The position numbers and the translations under genes were made by a program. This document shows positions 9,817 through 18,109 of a stretch of 52,996 bases of DNA, in pieces; the stretch's first letter is position 1; every line of letters starts with the position of its first letter. This stretch comes from Phycisphaerae bacterium (GTDB lineage Bacteria; Planctomycetota; Phycisphaerae; UBA1845; Fen-1342): positions 1-52,996 of the forward strand of contig CAXXWX010000022.1 in NCBI GenBank assembly GCA_963675745.2, written 5' to 3'. Below the pieces are notes generated by a model. The model saw nothing but the letters and a program-made list of their open reading frames with translations. It had not been told where the DNA came from and did not search any database.

Positions 9817-10236
9817 TCATATATCTACTATAAACGTGGCCTCGTAGCCGTTCTGTACCTGGCGAATGTCCAGTTCATGATACGTGATCGCCTTCACTTC
9901 GCGCTGCAGCGCGCTGGCATCACGATCCACATCACATAGCCCGGCCCGCACGCTCAGATGACGGTCATCGAATTGCACGTCGCCGATCCGGCCCACGATC
10001 CGGCCCTGCGTTTCGAAACAGTGCAGCAACTCGGTGAGATAGTCGTGCAGCAGATACGGCGGGTCGTCGCCGGCAAACTCGAAGCCGACCTGACGTTCAC
10101 CGCCACACGCCACAATCTCGCCGATGCACGAATAAAAGCCGCGCGTGGCGGGCTCAACCAGCGCGACCAGCGACGGCGCCCAAACGCGCGTCCCCAAATC
10201 CGCCGTATGCTCAAAATGTTCAAACCCAGCATCCAT
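9817..10236 (-). CDS. Archease (RtcB activator)
   Basis: FEHFEHTAD N-terminus, EVKAITYH motif and C-terminal IVDI; lies immediately upstream of rtcB. Confidence 0.93.
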   Translation of the reverse strand: MDAGFEHFEHTADLGTRVWAPSLVALVEPATRGFYSCIGEIVACGGERQVGFEFAGDDPPYLLHDYLTELLHCFETQGRIVGRIGDVQFDDRHLSVRAGLCDVDRDASALQREVKAITYHELDIRQVQNGYEATFIVDI

Positions 10237-10390
10237 ATCACGTAGAGTACGTCCACAGTGTAGGGTAGGTCGAGCCCGGCGCGACCTGCCCTACCTCCGC
10301 CACTCCGGTTGCTGACGTCCGGCGCGTCCTGCATAATCCACGTGGCAGCGGTTGGTGCATGTCTTTGTCCGCGGCATAAGTGAGGGCGCA

Positions 10391-12049
10391 ATGTCGGATG
10401 TCAATCTCCCGGTCGTGATCGGCGCGTTCGTCGTATATACGCTGGCGATTGTGCTCATCGGGCTCTGGTCCGCCCGTTTTGCCCGGCGCAGCGATGAAGA
10501 CTACTTTCTGGCCGGCCGCTCGCTCAACGCGTGGGTCGCGGCCCTGTCGGCGTCAGCGTCGAGCGAATCCGGTTGGGTGACCCTGGGACTGGTTGGCTGG
10601 GCCTTTACGGAGGGTGTCAAGGCGTACTGGATCATCCCCGGATGCCTGGCTGGTTTTGCATTCAACTGGTTCTTTATCGCCGGCCGAATGAGCGATCGCG
10701 CGCGAACGCTAAACGCCCTGACACTGCCGGATTTCTTCTCCTTCAACTTTCGCGAACGCCTCCCGCTGTTGCGCACGCTCTCGGTGATCGTGATCCTGGT
10801 CGCCATGTTCCTTTACGTGTCGGCCCAGTTCGCGGCCGCCGGCAAGGCCTTTGGTGTGATCATCGACCACGTGGCCGGTACGGCGCCACAGGCCGTCGAA
10901 ACGGCTGAGGCGACGGCGACTCCCCAGACGCCGGCCAGCCCGCTGGCCGTATTCACTAACCCCGGCCGCCTCATCCCAACCGAGTGGGGCGGCTACCAGT
11001 ACGGCGTGCTGATGGGCGGGCTGATCGTCCTGCTGTACACGACCACCGGCGGATTCAGGGCCGTCTGCTGGACCGATTTTCTTCAGGCGTTGCTGATGGT
11101 CGGGACGCTCGTGGTCTTCCCGATCTACCTCTTCATGCACGAGGGCGGGTGGGAATTCATCGCACAACACCTTGGCACCGGCGGCGGAGAGCTGCTCGAA
11201 TTCTGCCCCCGAGTGGGTATTTTCGCGTTCATCGGCTTCATCTTCGGAAGCGGCGCGCTCGGAATCAACTTCGGCTATCCCGGCCAACCGCATGTGCTTG
11301 TGCGCTTCATGGCACTCAAGGATCGCCGAGCGGCGATTGTCGGCGGGATTGTCGCAATCGTCTGGGGCGCGCTGGTGTATTGGGGCGCGGTGACGGTCGG
11401 TCTCTTTGCCCGAGCCATGGCCGAAGCCGGCGCCGACTGGGCCACACCCATGGTGGAGAACAAGGAGATCTACGGCGAACTCGGGTTGGTGTTGGCGTCG
11501 TTGCACATGCTGCGACCGCTCATGTCCGGGCTGGTGCTCGCCGCGGTGTTGGCCGCCATCTGCTCGACCGCGGACAGCCAGATTGTCGTTGCGGCCAGTT
11601 CAGTGGCGAATGACCTTTATGCCCGGGTGGTTCGTCGCGCCCGTGGCGCATCGCACATGCTGGTAAACCGCCTGACTGTTGTATCGCTGGGTGTGCTGGC
11701 CGCCGTGTCGGTGCTGAACCAGGAAGTGCGCGTCTATGTGTACGTGCTCACTTACGGCTGGGCGGTGCTTGGCGCGTCGTTTGGCCCGCAGGTGATTCTG
11801 GCACTGCTTTGGAAACGCGCGTCATACCTGGGCTGCCTCGCCGGCATGATGGTCGGCTTCGGCATCGCCCTGTACTGGCCCACGCTTTACTCCAAGGAAA
11901 TCCAGCAAGCCACCGGCGTACACATCTACAACCTGACGATCGCCTTCATCGCGGCCCTGGTCGTAAACGTAATCGTCAGCCTCCTGACATTCCGAAACAC
12001 CGAGCGGACAACAGACAACACACCAAGCGAACCAGCGACAAGCGCGTAA
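10391..12049 (+). CDS. putP: Sodium/proline symporter (SSS family)
   Basis: DYFLAGRSL, LSA.AS..SGW, GGFRAV.WTD..Q, FGYPGQPH...RFM, AA..STADSQ, W..LGASFGP; many TM helices. Confidence 0.9.
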   Translation: MSDVNLPVVIGAFVVYTLAIVLIGLWSARFARRSDEDYFLAGRSLNAWVAALSASASSESGWVTLGLVGWAFTEGVKAYWIIPGCLAGFAFNWFFIAGRMSDRARTLNALTLPDFFSFNFRERLPLLRTLSVIVILVAMFLYVSAQFAAAGKAFGVIIDHVAGTAPQAVETAEATATPQTPASPLAVFTNPGRLIPTEWGGYQYGVLMGGLIVLLYTTTGGFRAVCWTDFLQALLMVGTLVVFPIYLFMHEGGWEFIAQHLGTGGGELLEFCPRVGIFAFIGFIFGSGALGINFGYPGQPHVLVRFMALKDRRAAIVGGIVAIVWGALVYWGAVTVGLFARAMAEAGADWATPMVENKEIYGELGLVLASLHMLRPLMSGLVLAAVLAAICSTADSQIVVAASSVANDLYARVVRRARGASHMLVNRLTVVSLGVLAAVSVLNQEVRVYVYVLTYGWAVLGASFGPQVILALLWKRASYLGCLAGMMVGFGIALYWPTLYSKEIQQATGVHIYNLTIAFIAALVVNVIVSLLTFRNTERTTDNTPSEPATSA

Positions 12050-12076
12050 CCAAAGCTCCGTGCGCGCGCCCAGTCA

Positions 12077-12150
12077 CCTGGTTGCCTAGTTGCCTGGTTG
12101 CCTTGCCGCCTCGTGGCCTTGTGGCCTTGTGGCCTTGTGGCCTCCTCCCC
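12077..12150 (+). repeat. Octamer tandem repeats (GCCTnGTT / GCCTTGTG)
   Basis: cctggttgcctagttgcctggttgccttgccgcctcgtggccttgtggccttgtggccttgtggcctcc. Confidence 0.8.
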
Positions 12151-12163
12151 GCCCACATCACCC

Positions 12164-12192
12164 TTGACCCCAAGGCGCCAACTTGTTAGCCT
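12164..12192 (+). promoter_or_regulatory. Sigma70-type promoter of the B12 cassette
   Basis: TTGACC-17 bp-TAGCCT with TG at the extended -10, directly before the riboswitch. Confidence 0.55.
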
Positions 12193-12199
12193 GCGCACA

Positions 12200-12421
12200 T
12201 CGGTTGCTGGTGTTCGCGCACTCGTGGTGTGCGGAAGAATAGGGAATCCGGTGAGAATCCGGAGCGGCCCCGCCGCTGTGACCGGGAACGAACGCTGCCT
12301 GGTTAGTCATTGGCCCGCCTTGGCGGGCTGAGAAGACGCAGCTAGTAGGCCGCTGAGCCGCCTCGCGCGAGATGGTGTGCTCGGCAACGCCCGGAAGTCA
12401 GAAGACCTGCCAGTCAGACCA
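12200..12421 (+). promoter_or_regulatory. Cobalamin (B12) riboswitch
   Basis: GGTG...AATAGGGAATCCGGTGAGAATCCGGAGCGGCCCCGCCGCTGTGA, GTCATTGG...CTGAGAAGAC, and B12 box GGAAGTCAGAAGACCTGCC. Confidence 0.93.
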
Positions 12422-12679
12422 TACATCGGAATGCCTTCGAGGGAAGGTCGGTGTTTACGTACACTCACTTCGGTAAAGCCTGCGGGCTTCCCATGCTACA
12501 AGTGAATTCGCCTGCCCACGCGGCATGCACTGTGCGCTTGACAACCGTAACCCTCGGACGTGCAGCGCTGCGCCGTCTATTGCCGGCGCGCGCCCTCGAC
12601 TGTCGAATGGCCCTTGGAGGAGCGGCCGCGGCGGCTGAGGTTCTTGGGAAGGAAGCTGCTTTCGAGGAGGAGGTTGCAA

Positions 12680-13729
12680 GTGAGAGGATTGAGGCTACTG
12701 GTTGTGGGGGTGACTGCCTGGAGCGCCATGGGCACCACCGTCGCGCAGCTTGATTTCACACCGGCCCCGGGTTTCGTCGCAAACGAAGTCTGGTCCGGCA
12801 GCGGCGTCGCACACTTCGCTATCGAGGGTGGTGCTCTCTACATCTACGGGGCCGAGGCCATTGGCGGCGGGCAGTTCCAGAACGTGGTGAGACTCTTCGA
12901 TGGCGCCGCGACGACCGAGATCGCCCGTTCACCGGCGTACGCGCAAGACACGTATTTCCCCGACGCAATCGCCGTGGCAAACGGCGAGGTCTACTGGACG
13001 CACGCCACCAGCTACCCCACCGGCAGTCATGCCAATCTCTGCAAGACGACTTTCGACGGCCTGAGCTGGACGACCACCGAGATCATCGATGAGTCGGCCA
13101 GTATCGGCGTGTACGGCTTGTGCACAAACGGGCAGCGCGTGTTCGGCACGGGTCTCAGCGCCGCGAACGTCAACGTCAGCTTCTATCTCGACGAGACCGA
13201 CGGCTACAACGTCTTCGCCGAGTTGCCGGCCGACGCCAGCGGTGGTTGCGGATTCGACCCCGAAGGAGATTTCTTCGCCGGTGCGTGGAGTGTCGGCGGA
13301 GACTACGACAACCACATGTACCGTTACTCCGCGCAGCAGGTGTCTGAGCGCCTCACCGGAATACAGCCGGGGCCTTACACGTCGGCTGACGCGATTGCTG
13401 ATTTTCTTGTCAGCGGCAACGGTTCGCCGGTCATGGAGAGCGACGGGACCAGCCTGTTCGGGACGCAGTACAACTCAACCTGGACCGGACTCGATCCATA
13501 CACGTACGACCTCCAGACCGGAATAACGACGTCGCTCGGCACCCTGTCAGGCGCAGCCACAAACGTGGTGACTGACATGTACGCCCGCGACGGAAGCGTT
13601 TATTTCCTGGGAAAGAACGACTGGGGTACTGGTAGTGAAGCAGTGATTTATACGATGGTGCCGGAACCGTCTTCATTATACCTACTGGCCGTGGGCCTGT
13701 GCCTGCTGCCGTACCGGCGCCTGATATAG
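12680..13729 (+). CDS. PEP-CTERM protein, probable beta-propeller, first gene under the B12 riboswitch
   Basis: GAGGAGGAGG RBS before GTG, signal peptide, beta-rich repeats, C-terminal VPEPSSLYLLAVGLCLL..RR. Confidence 0.8.
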   Translation: MRGLRLLVVGVTAWSAMGTTVAQLDFTPAPGFVANEVWSGSGVAHFAIEGGALYIYGAEAIGGGQFQNVVRLFDGAATTEIARSPAYAQDTYFPDAIAVANGEVYWTHATSYPTGSHANLCKTTFDGLSWTTTEIIDESASIGVYGLCTNGQRVFGTGLSAANVNVSFYLDETDGYNVFAELPADASGGCGFDPEGDFFAGAWSVGGDYDNHMYRYSAQQVSERLTGIQPGPYTSADAIADFLVSGNGSPVMESDGTSLFGTQYNSTWTGLDPYTYDLQTGITTSLGTLSGAATNVVTDMYARDGSVYFLGKNDWGTGSEAVIYTMVPEPSSLYLLAVGLCLLPYRRLI

Positions 13730-13752
13730 GTGCGTTCCGGATGGGATGGAAG

Positions 13753-13798
13753 GGCGGGGAGCGCGGCCCGCAGGGTGATCGCGCTTCCCGCCGCTTTC
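13753..13798 (+). terminator. Intra-operon stem-loop (possible attenuator or stabiliser)
   Basis: GGCGGGGAGCGCG...CGCGCTTCCCGCC followed by GCTTTC. Confidence 0.4.
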
Positions 13799-13903
13799 AA
13801 GCGTTGGTGGGAGCATCCCCATACATGTAGCGCCGGCAGTCCATCGGCGTGAGATCCATCCGGGGCCGGCGGGGTATTTGTACCACGCGTAATGGAAGGC
13901 GTG

Positions 13904-15019
13904 ATGTATAGACAATCTGTACCGATTATCTGTTTTGCACTGGCTCTGGTCGCCGCACGATCGGCGCGCGCTGAGCAACCGTACGCTACAACCGTGATCG
14001 ATTTCCAACCGGCGCCCGGCCAGTTCGTAAACGATCCCCTGTTCAACGACCCGGCCGCCGCCATCGGCTGGCCGATCGGCATGGATCCCAACATCCCCAG
14101 CAACGAATCCCTGGTTTCACTCGGCGGGTTCGGCGGCTCGCTCACGCTGGCGTTCGATCACACCGTCCTCGACGACCCCGCCAATCCGTTCGGGCTCGAT
14201 GCGATCGTCTACAGCAACGCCCTGTGGGTCAGCGGCAACCCAAACCGTAAGTGGGCCGAGTGCGGCGTGATCGAGATCAGCCGCGACACAAATGCAAACG
14301 AGCTCGCCGATGATCCCTGGTACCTGATCCCCGGTTCGCACATCCACTTCGAGCCGAGCCAGTATGAATGGCAAACCTGGGATGACAACGTGCTCGACCC
14401 GAATTACCCGCCGCTGGACGAAAGCTGGATCCCACCCGGCCAATCCGGGACGTGGACCACCGAGGGCTACCACCTGCCGCCCGCGATTTTCGACGCCATC
14501 ATTGTCGAGAATCCGAACGGGCCGGAGGCCGAGACCGAGGCGATCTTCGGCTACGCCGACTTCTCGCCGACGGTCGGACTGCCGATACTGGCGGCGCCTA
14601 ACGGTTTCTACACACGACCGGACAACCCGTACAAGGTCGGCATAACACCAGGCGCTGGCGGCGGTGACGGATTCGACATCGCCTGGGCGGTTGACGCCAC
14701 GACCTGGCAGCCGGCCAATCTCGATGGGTTCGATTTCATTCGCATAACCGTCGGCGTAAACTTCGTCTCGTTCAATCCACCGTTGGGTGAGCTCTCAACA
14801 GAGATTGACGCGGTGACCGACGTCGCCGAAGGTCAGTTCGGCGATGTCGCCAACGACGGCGACATCGATGGCGACGACTTCGCGCAGATGCGCGAGTGCT
14901 TTGGCGGCGTGGGCGAGCTGATTCCGCCCAGCCCATGCCGGGTGATGGATTTTGATCAGGACCAGGATCTTGACCTGGCCGACTGGTATGGGTTCCAGTC
15001 GGCATTCACAGGGCCGTGA
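13904..15019 (+). CDS. Secreted BtuH-like cell-surface-protein domain plus C-terminal dockerin-like EF-hand pair
   Basis: Signal peptide; PAPGQFVN, VSLGGFGG..T.AFDH, DD.WY, GYAD, FDI.WAVD, DFIRI..GV and GE.STEI motifs, as I recall them from Bacteroidota B12-locus surface proteins; tail GDVANDGDIDGDDF...DFDQDQDLDLADW. Confidence 0.65.
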   Translation: MYRQSVPIICFALALVAARSARAEQPYATTVIDFQPAPGQFVNDPLFNDPAAAIGWPIGMDPNIPSNESLVSLGGFGGSLTLAFDHTVLDDPANPFGLDAIVYSNALWVSGNPNRKWAECGVIEISRDTNANELADDPWYLIPGSHIHFEPSQYEWQTWDDNVLDPNYPPLDESWIPPGQSGTWTTEGYHLPPAIFDAIIVENPNGPEAETEAIFGYADFSPTVGLPILAAPNGFYTRPDNPYKVGITPGAGGGDGFDIAWAVDATTWQPANLDGFDFIRITVGVNFVSFNPPLGELSTEIDAVTDVAEGQFGDVANDGDIDGDDFAQMRECFGGVGELIPPSPCRVMDFDQDQDLDLADWYGFQSAFTGP

Positions 15020-15029
15020 CGGAACGCAG

Positions 15030-15860
15030 ATGCCCAGGTTCTCGACAAGCCGCCACATCCGCGCCTCAGCCGTCCGCGGCTTTACGCTGGTCGAGCTGCT
15101 CGTGGTTGTCGCGATCATCGCGCTGCTGCTGGCGGTGCTGCTACCCGGCCTGAGCGGCGCCAGAGCGCAAGCGCGTGCCGTGGTATGCGCCTCGAACATT
15201 CGGCAACTCGCCATCGCCAACACCGCCTACACCGCAGATAACGAGGGCCGCTTCTGCCCGGGAGCCGCCGGCATCCGTGTCCGCAATCTACACCGCTGGC
15301 ACGGTATACGCGCGAGCAAGTCCCAACCGTTCGACCCACTGCGCGGTCCGCTCGTCGGTTACGTGTCGGGCCAGGTCGCCGTGCGAGCATGCCCCGGCTT
15401 CCGCCGGAAAGTCACCGGACGGACCGGCGCGTTCGAGAGCGGCTGTGGTGGGTACGGATACAACCAGGCATATGTCGGACGCGTGATGCGGCCGCGCCGA
15501 AACGGATCGTGGGAGATTCTCACGGACCTTTACGGCGTGATGTCCGAGCGTGTCACCCGGCCCGCGCAAACACTGATGTTCGCCGACACGGCGTTCGCGT
15601 CGATCGCTGACGGCGTAATCGAGTACAGCTTCGCCGAGCCGCGCTTTCACCCGCAATACATTCACTTCAATGCCCGCATGGACCCGTCGATCCACTTTCG
15701 TCACAGCGGCCGAAGCAACACCGCCTGGTGTGACGGGCACGTCGACAACCGCAGCCGCACGTACACCTGGAAGAGCGGTGTATACGTCGGCGATCCCGAG
15801 GTATGGCGGATCGGCTGGTTTGGCGCGGACGACGACAACAGCCTGTTCGACCTGAACTGA
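15030..15860 (+). CDS. Prepilin-type N-terminal cleavage/methylation protein with H-X9-DG motif (DUF1559-like PVC family)
   Basis: G|FTLVELLVVVAIIALLLAVLLPGL, C.SN.RQ, YGYN and FRHSGRSNTAWCDGHV. Confidence 0.9.
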   Translation: MPRFSTSRHIRASAVRGFTLVELLVVVAIIALLLAVLLPGLSGARAQARAVVCASNIRQLAIANTAYTADNEGRFCPGAAGIRVRNLHRWHGIRASKSQPFDPLRGPLVGYVSGQVAVRACPGFRRKVTGRTGAFESGCGGYGYNQAYVGRVMRPRRNGSWEILTDLYGVMSERVTRPAQTLMFADTAFASIADGVIEYSFAEPRFHPQYIHFNARMDPSIHFRHSGRSNTAWCDGHVDNRSRTYTWKSGVYVGDPEVWRIGWFGADDDNSLFDLN

Positions 15861-16109
15861 GCTGGCGCTCGGCCCGCAGCCGGCGGGCGGCCCTGCCGTT
15901 TCGCACGTGCCCTACCCCCGATAAACACCGGCCGCACGCGCGATAACCATTTCCCACCGGATATTCACACCACAAACAACCTGTATCGATTGTCGCATCA
16001 CGCCGATCAATTGAACGCTTAAACAAGCGAGGTGTCGATTCAGGTCCGCGCGCACAGCCCCGTGTGTCGGCTCGCGATGGTCCGAGTACCCGAGCAGGAG
16101 TGAACCAGC

Positions 16110-16817
16110 ATGAGCCGCTTGATTATCGCCGCAGTCGTGGCATTCATCGTGATAAGCCTGGTGAGCGTCACACCCGCGAATGCCGGGCCAATAGTGATGG
16201 TCCGCGACGAGGCCGGCGGATCGGGGTATTATCGAACCGGCACAACCAGCCGGCTGCACGCGACATTGGATGGCAGCAGTTTCACATCTCTCTATTCAGG
16301 CACATTCGCGTTCGAGGCGGACTACGGCGCTGGCTGGACACCTCTGACAACCTACTGCATCGACCCCTATCAACCCGTTCGATTCGCCAATTTCCCCCAA
16401 GACAGGGCCGGCTGGCCCTATGACCTGGTCGCACTGGACGCGCTCGACGGCATCACCACGCCGGAACGCGACCAGCTTGAGTTGCTCTGGGAAAACGCGC
16501 TGGCCAGCTCTTTGACCGACCGCGTGCACGCGGCGGCCTTTCAGGTGATCATCTGGGAGCTGAAGATCGACGACGCACTCGACCTGGCCAGCGGGGACTT
16601 CCGCCTGGATACCTCGCGGCAATATGAAGCCGACGTCGCCAGCGTCGCCCAACCCTGGATCGACGAGCTAGCCGCCCCATCGACCTGGACGAAACGCGCG
16701 CCACTGTGGGGCCTGTACAGCGAGGCGTCGCAGGATTTCATCACGCCCATTCCCGAACCGGCAACGCTGTTACTGCTGATCGGCGGCACGTTCCTCCTGC
16801 TGTTCCTGCCCCGGTAG
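16110..16817 (+). CDS. PEP-CTERM protein with thioester-domain-like motifs
   Basis: AGGAG RBS, signal peptide, TYCIDP, AAFQVIIWE, late SQD motif, IPEPATLLLL tail. Confidence 0.8.
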   Translation: MSRLIIAAVVAFIVISLVSVTPANAGPIVMVRDEAGGSGYYRTGTTSRLHATLDGSSFTSLYSGTFAFEADYGAGWTPLTTYCIDPYQPVRFANFPQDRAGWPYDLVALDALDGITTPERDQLELLWENALASSLTDRVHAAAFQVIIWELKIDDALDLASGDFRLDTSRQYEADVASVAQPWIDELAAPSTWTKRAPLWGLYSEASQDFITPIPEPATLLLLIGGTFLLLFLPR

Positions 16818-17040
16818 CGTCACGTCAGGGTCGCACACGACTGGTTCACGCCGTGCGCGCGTCGGGCGAACACGGTCAGCCGCCCTGCCCAGACAGCTCT
16901 GGCACGCTCGCGCTCTTGGCGCCGGTTTCCGCTGGCGCTGCCTGCTCATGCCGCACACCGATTGCGTTGACACCGCCAACGACCACACAGATAATCGCCG
17001 CAGAGGTGTCCACTGGGTCGCAGAAAGCAGCAGATCGCCA

Positions 17041-17880
17041 ATGGCCAGCGAATGGCAAATAAAGAGAGAGATCTGCGACATTGGTCGACGACTCTATAAC
17101 CGGGGGTTCGCCGCCGGCAACGACGGCAACATCTCGCATCGCCTGCCGGACGATGTCATCGTCTGTACTCCCACACAGATCTGCAAAGGATTCATGAAAG
17201 AGGACGATCTGGCCACGGTCAATCTCGAAGGTAGACAGCTTTCGGGCAAGCGGCCGCGCACCAGCGAGGTGCTGTTGCATCTTGAAATCTACAAGGCGGA
17301 CCCGTCGATCAGATCGGTCGTACACTGCCACCCGCCCCACGCCACGGCCTTTGGCGTCGCGCGGGTTGACATTCCGTCGTGCGTATTGCCCGAGGTCGAA
17401 ATCTCCCTCGGTTTGGTGCCGCGCGCGGATTACGAAACACCCGGCGGCCCCTCGCTCGCGGACACCGTCCGCCCGTTCATCGGCAAGGCCAACACCGTCG
17501 TGCTCAGCAACCACGGGACGGTGAGCTGGGGCCCGAGCGTCGAGCGTGCCTACTGGTATACCGAAATCCTCGATGCTTACTGCCGCGTGCTGCTGCTGGC
17601 CAAGCAGATCGGCAACGTCGAGCGTCTGTCCGAGGAGAAGGTGGGCGAGTTGCTCGACTTGCGCGAACAGCTCGGGGCCGGCGTGGACCCGAGGCGCAGC
17701 AGCGCCTCTCCACTGTGCGTCAACACCGAGTTCGCCCGCGGCCAGGGCGCGCAGGAATGCGGAAACCAGGCGCCGGCGCAGCCTGCTGCTAACGAGGCGA
17801 CACCGTCCGAGCGCACAGAGTTCATCCAGGCCGTAACTAAGCGCGTGGTAGCCGCATTACAACGCCAACAGGACGGCTGA
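17041..17880 (+). CDS. Class II aldolase/adducin family protein (PVM-microcompartment type) with C-terminal encapsulation peptide
   Basis: GNDGNIS, RTSE..LH, VVHCHPPHAT, LSNHG; low-complexity linker then EFIQAVTKRVVAAL. Confidence 0.88.
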   Translation: MASEWQIKREICDIGRRLYNRGFAAGNDGNISHRLPDDVIVCTPTQICKGFMKEDDLATVNLEGRQLSGKRPRTSEVLLHLEIYKADPSIRSVVHCHPPHATAFGVARVDIPSCVLPEVEISLGLVPRADYETPGGPSLADTVRPFIGKANTVVLSNHGTVSWGPSVERAYWYTEILDAYCRVLLLAKQIGNVERLSEEKVGELLDLREQLGAGVDPRRSSASPLCVNTEFARGQGAQECGNQAPAQPAANEATPSERTEFIQAVTKRVVAALQRQQDG

Positions 17881-18109
17881 CCGCTCTACCACCACCCGCG
17901 TCCCTCCATCACCCCCCACAACCTGGCAGAATCCACCCCTGACCGGCCACAGAAAATGGCTACACGTGTCAAAGCGCCGGGTCAGGTGTCTACCTGATGT
18001 CGAACGGATCGCACCGCGAACCAACGGAGGAGATAGCGTGGGACCTTGAAGCCCCGGAATTAGTGCAGACACGGCCAACTGGATCAAGTGCGCATAGGGA
18101 GGCACAATC

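Noticed and set aside
16900..16916. TGGCACG sigma54-like site upstream of the aldolase
   Set aside because: The GC is not at the required GG-N10-GC spacing.
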